A stretch of DNA of 64,000 bases from Lama glama. Taxonomy: Eukaryota. Below, one piece after another: positions 1 through 13,080 of the stretch. Under the pieces are notes generated by a model. That model was not told the DNA's origin and ran no database searches. It was given only the letters and a program-made list of their open reading frames with translations. The DNA is taken from contig CM052816.1 of the NCBI GenBank assembly GCA_028534125.1, forward strand, positions 98,892,001 to 98,956,000, in the 5' to 3' direction. How positions within the stretch are numbered: the stretch's first letter is position 1; every line of letters starts with the position of its first letter. Made by a program: the position numbers and the translations under genes.

Positions 1-130
1 CAGTTCCCAATTTCAACGCTCTTTCCAGACGGAGGGCAGACTGCAGCGTGGGGGCCAGGGTGGGCGCTGAGACGGGGGCACGTGGTGAGCTGGGTGTAGA
101 AGGACCACAGAACTCTCGACCTACAAGATT

Positions 131-770
131 TGTGATTTACAACTAGATCCACGTATTTAGTCTTCCTCTAATTTCTGGCAAACTGTGGGAATTACCTGCG
201 TGCTGAGAGCAATAAAGGTGTCTTTTGTTATGTTAATGAGGTGACTTTGCACCAAGTATGAGGCCAGGTGCCAGGGGGCCCAACCCTGTGATTAGAGGGC
301 TGGATCTTCCGTTCTCACCCCCTGACCTCCAGGGAGGGAAGGGGGCTGGAGGCTGCGTCAGGCACCAGTGGCTGATGACATGGTCAGACATGCCTGTGTA
401 ATGGAGCCTCCTTAAAAATCCGCGAGGACTGGACTCAGAGCGCTTCCAGGTTGGTGAACAGGCAGAGACTGGGGGAGCGGGTGCCGGGAGAGGGCATGGA
501 TACCCCTCACCCTTGCCCATGCCTTGCCCTAAGCATCTCTTTTGTTTGGCTGTTCCTAAATTATATCTTTTTATAATAAACCAGTAATCTGTTAGGTGCA
601 ATGTTTCTCTGAGCTCTGTAAGTTGCGCTAGCAAGTTAATGGAACCCAAGGAGGGGCTGTAGGAATCTTCCATCCATGATGGTTCAGAGACACAGGTGAC
701 AGCCTTGACCTATAATTAGCTCCCTAGATGGGTGGGGTAAGAGCATGTCCCTTGACCCATGAGGTCAGAC
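131..770 (+). mobile_element. MER21-type LTR (endogenous retrovirus solo LTR)
   Basis: Starts TGTGAT. Contains MER21-like blocks GTCTTTTGTTATGTTAATGAGGTGAC, GTGATTAGAGGG, CCCCTGACCTCCAGGGAGGG, GAGAGGGCATGGA, TATAATAAACCAGTAA and GAACCCAAGGAGGGG. Assigned from recalled consensus. Confidence 0.8.
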
Positions 771-1459
771 TGGGCCAGGCCCCACTTTCCAACAGGGGGT
801 TTATCTGCTTAAAAGTAGAAAGAGTACCTCTGCAGTGTGAAACACCATATAAAGAAACAAGAAAAAAATTTTTTTTTGATGCAGGGAACTTTGAATTCCC
901 AAAGGGAAAGGTTAGGACTGGACAACGTGTCTTGTGGATTATGTGACATTAGAACCTGTGGTGAAGCCTGCCTTAGTACAGCTTGAGGGATCAGGCGAAC
1001 CTGGAAGAAAGTTCTTTCAAAATTGTTGGCCAGGCATGACACATTCCCTTTGTTTCCTCAAGATCCCAGAGGGTCCTGGCTGAAACTGAACATCTCAGCT
1101 CCCGGGGCCAACAGGGTTCCATGGCCTTGATCTGCGGGCCCTGGTGTCCTTCAGCCCTAAACCAACCCAGACAGCTCAGCTCACTGACTGTGGTGCTGGT
1201 TCTGTTCTGGCTACACTCTAGAATCTGGATCTCTCCTCTTTGCGACTTCACTCTTTTTAGAAAAAGAAAGAAGAAAGGCTGGGAACCAAGGAGGGCAGAC
1301 CACACTGGATTCTTGAATTCAAAGTGTGACTTTTATAAGCTCCTTTCCCCTTATGGTTAAACACACAGAGATTTAGCTCCAAAAAAATTTTATATCATTA
1401 TATAAAATATTAATAATTCAGTGTTAAAGTAATATTTATTATGGTAGATGTATTACAAT

Positions 1460-1620
1460 CGTCAACTGAAAAAAAAATGCACAACCTTAAAGTTATCCAC
1501 TGGACATTTCTGAGGACTTAAGCGTGGGATGACAGCCTCTCAGGTCGCTCTGAGGGGCGGCTCCTAAGAGGCAGGGGGGAGCCAGGACACACAGGAGTTT
1601 GCAGCTCCAGCATGGCAGGC
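1460..1620 (-). mobile_element. ERV1-class LTR fragment (MER41-like, laurasiatherian type)
   Basis: GTCAACTGAAAAAAAAATGCACAACC...CTGAGGACTTAAGC...CAGCCTCTCAG...GGAGCCAGGA matches the reverse-strand 3' end of this LTR group as I recall it. Confidence 0.6.
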
Positions 1621-2059
1621 AGTACTTCTCACTCACAGCATCCATTAACTGTTGGTTATTAGTATCATTGGTAATCAACACCCCTCCGCACCAAGGCCTC
1701 TGACCTACCCCCCCACCCCACCCCGCCCGGTGCTGGAAGCTGCTCATAAGGTAACCGGTGTCAGAAGACCCTTCACTTGGAAACCTTGGTTAATTAGACT
1801 CAACATTTGTTCCCTTTGTCATCTGGTCCAGAACGTATTTTCTTCCAATGAGCACACAGGTAGATAAATGTTGAAAGTTGATGTATCCCTTAGCTATTGC
1901 TGCCCAAGAAAATACCCCATAACTTAAAATGAGAACCATTTCTTCTTGTTTGTGGGCCTGTGTGCTGGCTGGTTGCCTGGAGGTGCGGACGGGCCTGCTG
2001 GGCCGGGCTGGGAGTGCTCCTGGGTGCTGTCGGGGGTTCTGGAGTGGACGTGCTCACAG

Positions 2060-2310
2060 GGAGAGGGCCAGGCCACACGACGGCAGAGAGCGGACAATGT
2101 CTCTACAAGCCAAGGAATGCCAGAGGTTGTCCACAACCCCCAGAAGCCAGGGGAAAGAGCACGCAACAGAGTGTCCCCCACAGCCTCAGAAGGAACCAGC
2201 CCCGTTGACACTTTGATCCAGGACTGCAGACGATACGTCGATGAGACGTGAGACCATGCGTTTCTGCTGTTCAAGCCGCCCATCACCGCAGCCCCAGCTA
2301 GCTAGCACAG
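2060..2310 (+). mobile_element. MaLR LTR fragment (MLT1C-like)
   Basis: CTACAAGCCAAGGAATGCCA...CCAGAAGCCAGG...AGCCTCAGAAGGAACCAGCCC...GACACTTTGAT...TTTCTGCTGTTCAAGCC is the MLT1 3' half. Confidence 0.75.
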
Positions 2311-3149
2311 TCTGTGTGCATCAGAACATTTCCTATGGACCAGGAGGGACGTCAAGTCGAAACTAACATGAGCATCCGTCCCTGGTCCTCGGTCCATCCT
2401 GAGGTCTGAGTAAGACGGCCATCAAATCCGGCCGCTGGAGGAGCTCAGAGGAATCTCACCAGGGCTCTTTGCGCAGAGGGGCCGGGAGGTCGGGGGAGCC
2501 GCAGGGCCAGGTCCTCAGGCACGTGGGGGAGGTGGCTCTGCTCTGTCATCCGGTGCCCCGTGCCTCCTCGGGGAGGGAGCCTGGGCTTCCACTGCCGTCC
2601 TCGAGCACCCAGGAAGCCTGGGCATTGCATTTGTAAAAGCTTCCTCAATCTGCTTCCCGGGGGAGTCTGAGCAGTGCTGGCTGGGCCAGAGCTGGGGTGG
2701 TGAGTTCTCATCACACAGGCACTCAGCTCTGTGGGCAGCCAGACGGCTGGGAGCACCTGTGCCCTGGTCGGTAGCTGTCACTGTGGCCTGTGACCGTCTG
2801 CCGACAAGTTCGGTTGGTTCTCCTGGCTGGGGTCTGACTCCCCTCTCTAACGAGCTTTGGGTAAGCACACCCCTGCTCTGCTGCTGAGCTGCGCCTCAGT
2901 GAGGTTTTTACTCCCGGTGTTCACTGCCGGTGACTTCCATCTCTGCCTCTGGAGCTCACCTTGCATGTGCTGTCTACTGCCCGCCTCTCCTCCTGTGGGC
3001 TGCTCATCTGAGTTCCCTGAGCAGACCATCCTGATGAGGAGGACCTGGTGCGCTTTTGAAGGAACTGGAGGAGAGTGCCCCAGGGTTAGAGCAGGGGAAT
3101 GAATGGTAGATGCCAAGGCTGTCGAGAGACAAATGTGGGCTCATTTACC

Positions 3150-3350
3150 AGGAAGCAGGTGAGATGATGGTGGCCTCGACCAGCACAGTGACAGTGGGGT
3201 TGTGGAAAAATGGACAGAGAAGTTCAGCTAAGAAATAGGACTGGCAGAAGCTGGAAATTAGGCAGTGTGCACAGATGAAGACAATTAGAGAGGGATCAAG
3301 ATATTTTAAGGAAGAACTTCAGTGACTAGGACAGACAGTCGTGAATGCCG
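3150..3350 (-). mobile_element. L2 LINE fragment
   Basis: CAGGTGAGATGATGGTGGCCTCGACCAG...GGAAAAATGGACAGA resembles antisense L2. Heavily diverged. Confidence 0.45.
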
Positions 3351-5044
3351 GGCAGGGTTTCAGATATTATGGGCTGGGAAAATTTGCAAATAAAATTCTA
3401 GAAGAAACCCTACATGGGGTTCCCAGCCTCCCTTCTTCCTTAGATGAAATACAGTAAGTACATTATCTCAAAATTAGGACTGTTTCCTAAATTGAATGCC
3501 TTTACCTTAATGAAACGCCCATCATGTTGAGCTGACGGTTTGCATCCTCCACTCACCATCTTGAGTCGATAAACAATTAGAAAAATGAAATCTTAATGAG
3601 CAGGGAGGGTGGAGTAGGGGGATATCCGTGGTGTGATGACCTGACAGAGGCTAGAAAGTTCTGGGAGAACCTGGGAAGCAAGAAAAGACACCAGAATGAA
3701 TTTCATACAGGAAAAAAAATCACCAATGAAGACTTTCGGGTGCTTATGTGCTTCCGTGCTTCTCAGTGGTTTCCTGGCTCCTGCTTCCAGGAGGCACCTC
3801 CCTGGTTTGGCTCCTGGAATCTCCCCTCCAGTCTTTCCTGATGGAGACACAGTGACAACGGCGTCCTTGCCGTGGCCACGCTGGCTTGGCTGCGTGGCCC
3901 CTGCCCGGTGCCTGCATTCTGGTGCCCATGGTCTGCTCCGGGCCGAGCACCTCCCACCTTCGCCCCAGGCTCAGGTATCCCTTCACAGACTCTGCAGACC
4001 TGTGGGGAGGGCCCCCCGAGCTGCAGCTGTCCCCTGAAGTCTGGATAGGAGGGAGCCTGCAGCCTAACAGCTCTTGTTGTTGCTCCCACAGTGAAATGTG
4101 AGTCGGCCCTGGTGCAATAGATAGAGAGGACTCCCCAGGACACCTGCCCCGCCTGAAAGGCCCTCATCCACCAGACACTAAAGTACAGGCCCCAAGCCCT
4201 GCCCAGACCCGCTCTGAGTGGACACCTTGCTCCACAGCTGACACCTACTTTGATTCTCAGTGTTCCCAGACATTGGGTTTACTCTGCCCCAAGTTTTGAC
4301 CTTCCAGGCCACCCCTTTTGAAGGTGCCACACCTCTGTGCTGCCTCTGGGAAAGACAGAATTAAGGGCACCTGCCCTTGAGGGGCTGGCAGCTACCAGGA
4401 GGGAGGAGGAGGGAAGGGATGATGGCGCCTGTTTCTTCTTCCAAAATCACCAGTCCTGTGTCGCTTCTGCTGCGGGCGGGCGGGGGGGGGGCTGCCGTGC
4501 AGAGGGATGGAGCCCAGGGGTGTGGTGCCTCCCAGAGCCTCCTTCAGCCCAGTGGGAGAGGGGGACAGGCAGACCCCACAGTGGGGGAACCTGAGGATCC
4601 AGTTCAGAAACACTCTGATTTCCAGGAATTTCTTGTTGTTGAACGTGCGCAGTTGACGGACTGCGTCGCTGTGAAGGAAAGCCTGTGGCGCGGTCACTGG
4701 GGGTTGTGAGTCTGGAGGAGACACGGACAGAGAAGACAGTTGGCATCCAGAACTCAGCTTTTCAGACAAGAAGAGGTGACAAGCCTCTTTTTTCCTCCCA
4801 AAATGTGTCAGACTCCATTTTTAATACAAATAAGAATTTTATATTTTAATAAAATAAGGACTAGTAGAGCAATGAAATGAAGTAGGTGTACAATATACAA
4901 GCCTTTTTAAAGTTCCTTGATTTAAGTGCCAGGAAGAGGCCCTGTCAAACTGCTTTGAAGGCTCCCAGGTGCCCCTCCCCTGGGAGTGCTGCTTCCTCAT
5001 CACAGAGCGGCGAGCATCAGTCTGCCACCTTCTTTTTTTCGCCT

Positions 5045-5240
5045 TCTTTATTTAAAAACTTTTTTGTTGAAGTAGTTGATTACGATGTTAGTTTCAGGTG
5101 TACAGCAAAGCGATTCAGTTATCTGTATGCAAACACATATATGTTTCCTTTTCAGATTCTTTTCCATTGTAAGTTATTACAAGAAATCGGATGTAGTTTC
5201 ATGTGCTCCACAGTGGGTCCTTGCTGTTTACCTATTTTAC
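5045..5240 (-). mobile_element. L1 3' end, cetartiodactyl type (5'-truncated)
   Basis: T-rich tail followed by TTGAAGTAGTTGATTAC...TTAGTTTCAGGTGTACAGCAAAGCGATTCAGTTAT...CAGATTCTTTTCCATT...TTATTACAAG. Homologous to the copies at 41035 and 49145 in this window. Confidence 0.85.
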
Positions 5241-6439
5241 TTGACTGGCCCAGAGAGCAGCACAGGAGGCATAGGGACCAGGCGCGCCGCGCATCCAGGC
5301 AGGGGCCCAGGGTCGCCTGTGGGCAGGTGTTGGTCATCTCTGTGCCGGGTCTGGGCCCCTCCAAGCGTGGCACCTGCAGTAGGCATCTCACCTCCCCATG
5401 GCTCTCCTCGCCTGCTCCCCTTTTATAAAAGTCAGTTTCCTTCTTTTCCAATGTGTTCCTTATTTTCCCCCAATTCCCTTTATCTTTCAATATTAATCAC
5501 GCAGTCAGTCCACAAGGGGCTGTTTCCACTTCCTCCTTCCACACCCAGGATCACCCTTTGTCCTTCCTGTTGGGTTGAGACCCTCCCTCAGGCTCTTTCC
5601 AGCTGACAGTTCCTCACCCACCCAACCAGACTGACAGCAGTGGCTGCGCGTGTGTGCGGGTTGGGGGCAGTCATCCAAAGTCGCAGCACAGAAGCCCTGC
5701 ACCCCGCTAGGTCCCCCGACACCACCACAAGGACGGGAGGCCATTGTGGAGCGAGTGCCCCAGGGAAGGCGATGGAAGAATTTGAACTCAAGTGCGACCG
5801 TCGTTGGGAGGGACACCGGGCCAACAGTGCACATCTGACAAGGTATTTCTGTTCCCCCACGTTGTGACAAAGTTGACTTGGAAGAGAATGTCCAAACCAC
5901 AGCATTTGTTTTCCTTTCACACGTGTTGGTTGTGATCTGGTGTTTGCTCCTGCAGTGGAGAGAAGCCCGGGGGCAAATTCAGTTGTATTTTCTTGGTAGC
6001 CTGCTTGGCTCTTCAGCCTGGATCCCATAGACCCATCACGTATCTTTGTCCTTGTATACTTTCAAGATGTGTCTGGCCGTGCACTTAGTCATTAATGTTG
6101 CCTGGAAACTCATAAGAATACAGGGTTTTTTTAAGCTTTGGAAAGATCTAGATACTTACGCGTTTATTATTTGGAGGTCTGATATTACCTGAGTAGTGTT
6201 TAACACTGAAATAGGTAAACTGAGAATTCAGGCAGCTGCTGACCTTGCAAAATAACAAAGACCATTATTGAAAAGGGAAGCGTATTTGCATGTGAATGTT
6301 TGACTAAATGAGATTGATAAACATTCTCTTCTATAGATGAGGGTATTGACATGTACTGTTTTCTTCATAACGTTGAATATCAGAGAATTAAGCTAAAATC
6401 CTTTTGAAAAGTTGGAAGTAAATACTGGTGTTAAAAATT

Positions 6440-6750
6440 ACAAGAATTCATGAGAAGAGAGAATTAGAGAGATGTGAGTAAACAGAAAAAAGCCCAGAGA
6501 ACAGCAACAGAAAAGTGAAAATCAGAAGGCGTAGCGTGTGACAACAGAAGATGTAAAAAAATTATATCAGTACACACTAGATTAAACTTGCTTATTATAA
6601 AACAAAGTTTTAGATTTTGTTTTGGAAGCAAAATTCAATTATGTACTCTTAAATGCACACACGCACTGCAAAGGAAAACTGAATTAATGAGTTAATTATT
6701 AAATTAATATAAAATTAAATTAAAATATTTGTCAGGTAAAATAATAAAAT
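6440..6750 (+). mobile_element. Ancient L1 (L1M-type) fragment around the start of ORF2
   Basis: A-rich + strand. ATATCAGTA...GATTAAACTTGCTTATT...AAGCAAAATTCAATTATGTACT resembles the start of the endonuclease region. Confidence 0.4.
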
Positions 6751-6771
6751 GGAGAATGCCTATCTTCTAGG

Positions 6772-6910
6772 AGACTTCATTTTCCCACCTGTGTAATGGA
6801 CGTGGTAAAAACAGAAGCTACTCCAGAAGGTCAACATGAGGACAGAGTAAGTTAATATTTATAGAGAACTTAGAAAAATGCCTGGAGTGCAGAAATTGAT
6901 AGATAAGTCC
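6772..6910 (+). mobile_element. MIR SINE
   Basis: MIR core-like CTTCATTTTCCCACCTGTGTAATGG...TGAGGACAGAGTAAGTTAATATTTATAGAGAACTTAGAAAAATGCCTGG. Confidence 0.7.
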
Positions 6911-9900
6911 AACAGCACTTTAACTTAAATGGATTTTATTGCATTTAAATGAAAAGAAGCACAAATTATTTTGAAAAAAATAAAACAAATGGAAAAAATA
7001 GTTGGCGGTTATCATCAGTAAAGACCGAATTCAGTATGACCATCAAGATTTCCTTCGCTTTAAATGTTGCTTCCAAATCCAGTTGGTTTACATGGGAAAT
7101 AGTTGCACTGATCCTTGCAGAATAAAGATTACATCTCTTGAACAGAGCTCAGCATTTCTGCAGACCCGAGACCAAGAACTGCCCAGCAAATCTGATGTGA
7201 CAAATTGGATTCATTTTTTCCATATCACATCTCATTTGTAAATACTTGGATAAGTGCAAAAACTGCCCAACCGAATCACAAAAATTATGAGGGGAAGAGA
7301 ACCGAGTCTTTCTCTTTGCAAAAGTATCTGGGAAAAGTCTGGGTAGCTTTTCAGAGATAAAGGATCTTGTCTGCAATGTTGCTAATACCAGTTTGTGCTG
7401 CCCTTCGTGCTCTGGGTCAGATTCAAATGGGAAACCGAGCCACGGGCAAGAAGTTAACATCATGACTCCGTATTGAGCCATTCGTGTTCAGCTGTCTCCT
7501 TCTATCTCCAGGAGATGAAAAAAATTCCAGTTCCCAAATGACAAAATTCCGAATCATAACCACATGCTACTGGTTTACAGACACCAGAGTGTTTATCGTG
7601 GCATTATTAAGGCTGCTTTTATGAACAAAATTCGCTATGGGGCTGTAAAATCACTAAACTGCAAAAGTTTCCACCGATCCCTGACAACTAAGCCATCACA
7701 TCTCTGGGAAACTTGAGATCGCAATTTTTACTTTTTAATAATACAAATAAAAGCTTCTCAGTCCCCGGCTTTCTCTACCCGCTCCCTCAAGAGAACTGAT
7801 GAATTTGCCGAGTGTCTCTGAAGGCTTTAAGCCACACCCAGTGCAGTAAGTATACAAATCTGAGAGCTTCCTTCAACACAAGTTGGTACCTGGAAGTGAA
7901 CTACGTGTATAATAATGCAGGCAAATTGAATTGATGGAAATGCAGGTTATGCTTTTTCAGACTCTATCTGCCTCAAACCTTTGACAGGTCCCTCTTAGCA
8001 GGGACAGACATTCTGACTGTGAAGCATGAATTTAGACACTGAAGAGTCCCTTTGTAGGAAACAGCACCGTTGCTCAGTCTGGGGGAACGCCATCCTCCTA
8101 TTCTCCCATCCTTTCACGCTGGAAGGTTTGCTCACAGACGCCTTTCCCAGAGCAGCTGCTCATGTCCTCCCTGTTTATCCGGCTTTGTTCTCTGCCCCCT
8201 TGCTCTGCCTGGTATCTCATCCTGCATTTGCTGGGCGCCGTGTTGATGAAGCACCTTCCCCTGGAAGGCCTTGCTCCCTCCCATCTCTCCCTCTCAGAGT
8301 AGCCAGCACGCCACAGGGTTCGATACCTGTTAGTTGACTGGATGATGGAACAGACCATCATTCAGGTTTCCTTTTACCGTTAATAAACCTCAGGAAAAAA
8401 CCATGAGTCTTGCTCTCCTGGACAGCAATAGAAGATCTGCTATCTTCCAGCCTGTCCTGAAACACTCCAAACTCTGCCCTAGTCATACACGGAATGTACA
8501 AGATTTCCGCATGCAAATTGTTGGAAGAATGACACTGTTTTCCTGCCCAGAGACAGAGCGGCTGGCATGGGCGAAGCTGTCCTCCAGGTGGAACGCTTAT
8601 TAGCTGTGGACATCTAATCTCGGGGCCTTTTCCCTCATCCATAGGCTCGGCGGTTAGCTCAGAGAGGAAAATCTGAAACATGGTGTTTTAGAACACTAAG
8701 CAAATTTAAGCCTTTCTATTCAAAGTCTGCCCACATATTAAATGATTTGGATTTCTTCTTTGTCATGCTTGGGGCAGACACAGACTGGAAGGAAAGAAAG
8801 GATGATCAGATTCCAGGAAAAGATCTAAACCTTCAGGGGCTGGTGGACCTCAGGGGGCACCTGGCAAGGGGACGCCCGTGCTCAGAGCTGGGCCACGTGG
8901 ACGTCAGATCAATGCAGCTTTGAACAGTTCATGTAAAATAAAATGTGAAAGAACAGCTATTTTAATAGTTGTGAAGAAATCGAGACCCCCACAGTGGAAA
9001 ATTTCAATGTTTTAAATATTTTCACAGAATTTACATTTCACGTGTGTGGATGCGTAAATATTTGCCCTTAATATGTAGGTGCGTTGCTTTACATCGATAA
9101 TGTTGTAAAGGAAGTTTGAGAAGGTAAATATAGCAGTTGATACTTTTCTATGATTATAGAGGGTTTTTAATTTGGAAGAATGTATACGTGATGTGACAGC
9201 CACTGGAGGACTGTCCCGTCTTTGGCTTGAGGGCTGACAGGAAGAAGATGGTATTTTGACGTGACTTTCATGCTCGTCCTCACGTCCGGGACCTTCCCAT
9301 ATACTGTGTCTCGGCTGGAGCAACGTTACCTGACCTCTTCTTCTCAGTACACAGAGTGCATTCCCTCACATGTCGCTGGACCAGGAGTAATCTCTTTGGA
9401 ATCTTTAAAACGCTTTGATGCTTTAACCAATAAGGGTATAGAGCAAGGTTTCTGTGCCAAAGCCGAGAGACAGCCGTGGCTCTGGGCCTGGGGAGGAGCG
9501 CACACAGGGGGAAGCTAAGAGCAAAGGCCCGTCGGAAGACCGGAGCCCGGGGCACAGCTGACAGGAGAGCGGGGTGGCCGATGGAGAGGGCAGCCGCGAA
9601 GGGGCGGTTTCTGCCCTTTGAGATGCTGTGCGATTTTGAAGAAGCGGTGGTTGGGCTGTTCCTACGCTGACTCCAACTTCTCCTCCTTCCGTTGTCTGCT
9701 TCCTGCTCTGAGCACCATGGGGGGTTTCTGATACAAGTGCCAACACACTGGGGCTCACAGTCCTGCAAGCAGATACGTCTGCACTGCTGTAATAAAGTCT
9801 CCCTCCCTAGATTCAGCCACCAGCGTGGCACCAAGTCAAAGGGTCCACAGCAGCATGGATGCGGTCAGCAGGAAACGCTGGCCAGTCCCGCCACCTGTCA

Positions 9901-12900
9901 TGCTCATAAGGATCTGGACAGAAACTTGATTACGCTTTCCCAGCCAGTGCAGGTTAACCTGTTTCCTTAGAAGCCCATGGAAAGGAGGATGTCCGTCCTA
10001 GAATTTGCTCCAAAGTGAAGGAAATGTGTGTGTGATAAGCTTTGGGATAAGAGAGAGGCATAAAAAGAGAGGACTGCCTTTACCAGGGAGAAAGCTACCC
10101 AGCCGTAGCTTGTAGCCGAGGGCAGTGAGAGGAGCTAAGCGCTGAGGGTGTCTGTGGTCTCACCCAGACCCTTTAGCTGGCCTCCAGTGCCTGTGCGCAC
10201 GACCACCATCAGAACAGCAGGCTTCTGACTGGGGACTCCCAGGCTCAAGTCTAAATCATTTGCCTTAACTCTCAGCCTGTTCCATCCTCCCTGACCCTGG
10301 TCGGGTCAGGTTCCCCCAAAGCAGCCCCTGCTTGGCCTCCCTCAGCCCTCCTTCCTTCCCTTCGACCTCTGACTCCCACTCACCATCACTGCTGGATGGT
10401 GAGGTCCAGCTGGTACTCACAAGCCTGCCGGAGCCCCAGGCACCTCTCCTCCATCCCCGGGATCGTTCCAGCCCTCCCCAGGGAGCCAGATGTCAGGTAA
10501 TCTGATGCTGTTGAATTTGAGGAGACAGAGGAATCCCTGCCTGTCCTTGACCCAGGGCCCTTAATGTTCCTGTCCTCTCATGGTCTCTATTTCAAATCGC
10601 TTGACAATGGGTTTTGCAATGTTTTCTGTATCAAGGAAGTTCCATTTATTGCCAGTAATAAAGGTGCCTGAATGGGGACTGAATTTGCCCTTCCACCCAC
10701 AGCCTTCCAGACTGTGTGTGCATTTTGTAAGTAGACCCACCGCTGCCTGGAGTGAGCAGGCAGGTAGCCACCTGGCCACCCAGGATGGGAGAGCACCTGC
10801 TGCTCCTGCCACCCACAGAGCAGACTAGGGGGTCCAGAGGGAGGAGGGCCTAGCAGACAGTGACTTCACATGTCTTCTTGACAGTTGCATCACTGGTCAA
10901 TGACATCACTCTTGCCCCCAGAGCACACCACTCTGCAGGGGCTTCGTCCCAGCTGCATCCTCGGGGCAAGCGTGGCCCGACCTCTGAGCACCCTCAGGAG
11001 TGGCGCCAGGTGGCCCAGCAGGATCTCCAGGACACCCTCCCCTGACGCCCCTTCTCCCCAGTCTGGCTCTCCACTCAGCACCTGTGTCAGCCTCCTTCTA
11101 TCAGCCGTGGAACTTGGCCCCGCCCACTGCCTGACCCCGCCTTCCAGGACTGCAGTGTGTCCTCTGACACAAGCCTGTCCACGGACCACAGGAGACACGG
11201 CCTTAAACCACCCTATACTCACTTTGCACCAGCTTGGAGGTGGGGGAGCTGCCTTGTCTCTGGAATGTCCTGGGAGGCAGGTAAGGGAGTGGCTCAGAGG
11301 CTGTGGACACTATGAGGGGTCAAGTTCAGGAAACAGGAGGGACACGATCTAGCCTAGAAGGCAGCTCATGGTTCACCCGCTGAGTGAGTCTAAATACACG
11401 CCCCACTCTTCACAGTGTGAGAGGGGAAAGGCCACAGCAGCCCAGACACTCGGGCTTGAATGAACAGTCAAGTTTCTAGAACTGATCTTGGAAGTGGAAG
11501 GCCAGCGAGAGTAAGTGCCCTCACCAAGTGCACCTGCACAGGTGACACAGCAGACCAGGGCCGTCTGGCAAACTCCCCGATGTGCCGAAGTCCAGGTGGA
11601 CCCAGTCTGCAGGTGAGCTTCCGTCTCCTGGAGTCCCCACGGCAGCCCCCAGCCCAGGGCTCACAGGAGGTCGAGAGCCTGTGGGCTGTGCTCTCTGATG
11701 TCTGCGACCTGAGAATTCATCCTGCTTGTGTGTGACTTTTCTGTGGTCCTTGCTATTAACTAAGGAAAACAAGAGCTTGTGCGCAAGGTGAACACAGACT
11801 CAGAGCAGAAAGAAAGGCACGTTTCTTCTGTGCATCTCAGTTATCTCTGTTCATTTTAAATGTGCTGCACAGAGACGCAGCTGACAAGTGGGTGGTGGAG
11901 ACACGGCCCCAGGACACCTCCAGATGTCCCCCCCGGGTACTCACCCCCAGGGGTAGGAGTGGATGGAGAGAGCCCTGTTCTCTGACCGGTGGGGCCTGAG
12001 CCAGGAAATGCTTGGTGGGGCCCATTCTTTCCCTGGTTGTCTATACAGACCCTCTGGATTTTTTTTTTTCTGGAACATTCTTCCGTATCTGTGGAGTATT
12101 AAAAGACATGGTGGAGGAGTGTACCATTTGTCAGCTCGCTGACTTTTTTTCCTTTTCCGTCTTATCTCCTATTTCTGATCTCTGTCAATTTCCCACAGCA
12201 CATACTTGAGGAAGAAATGTTCCCAAGGACACCCATTGGGACATGACATGCCTTTTGGTGCAGGAAAAAGAGGTTGTGAAAACATGATCTGTGGAAATGC
12301 CTTTCTTCTCAAGAGCCTGGCCCTGTGGTGGCTGGTCCTTCCACTTTCAAGAATTTGCAGAGTCAGCATGCAATTATAGAATTTCCTTAACTCGGCAGTA
12401 GGGCTGAGCTGCGGTCTGTTGGTAAGGATGGAGCTCTTACAGACTAGGACATGGTCTGTTTCAATAGGCCTTTCCTAGAATTTTGTAACCTGCTTCTGCT
12501 CCCATTTGCTCAGCCTGTCAAGTGGGTTAAATCTAGAGCATGGTGGCCCCTCATCTTCTGTGTCCCCTCCAACGGTGCCTGTACCCTTTTCAACAGATAT
12601 GACACTCATAGAGTGATCCGTGCCCCTGTCCCTGGGTTTATAACTATCCCGTATGGGAGGCTCTGCTGTACAAATTCTGCCTTCTGAATGACTTTTTTGT
12701 GTTTAGTACCAAGCTCACAGCTGTCTTAAAATTTTATTTTTGTTTCTAGAGTAAAAAGGACTTCACATTGTTCAGTGAATATATGTAATAAAGTAGTTTC
12801 CAAAATTGAAATTCACATTGACCCCAGATTATTGTTGTACTGTAGCCTTTGAGCTTGAATGTGGTTCCTTTAATTTAATTATTTGGCGTAAGTCAATAAA

Positions 12901-12935
12901 TTTCAGACTTCTCTGAGAACATCATTTTTTAAATA

Positions 12936-13080
12936 GGGGGGAAGGGTATAGCTCAGTGGTAGAGTGCGTGCTTAGCATCCATAAGGTCCTGGGTCAATCC
13001 CCAGTACCGCCACTTAAAAAAAAATGAATAAATAAATCTTATTACCTACCCCTACTCCCCGCAAAAAAATTAAAAAAAAA
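12936..13080 (+). mobile_element. Vic-1-type tRNA-Ala-derived SINE (camelid), near full length
   Basis: G-run start, A box TAGCTCAGTGG (12949-12959), anticodon-like CTTAGCAT (AGC, Ala), B box GGGTCAATCC (one T short of consensus), then a non-tRNA AATAAATAAA...ACCTACCCC segment and an A-rich tail. Confidence 0.9.

Noticed and set aside
9430..9800. Possible terminal coding exon ending at AATAAA (9791-9796)
   Set aside because: No convincing acceptor and no recognisable peptide in any frame. It could equally be an old LTR remnant.
12936..13012. Genuine tRNA-Ala(AGC) gene
   Set aside because: The B box is defective, the acceptor stem pairs poorly, and a SINE-type extension and A-tail follow. 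It is the head of a tRNA-derived SINE.
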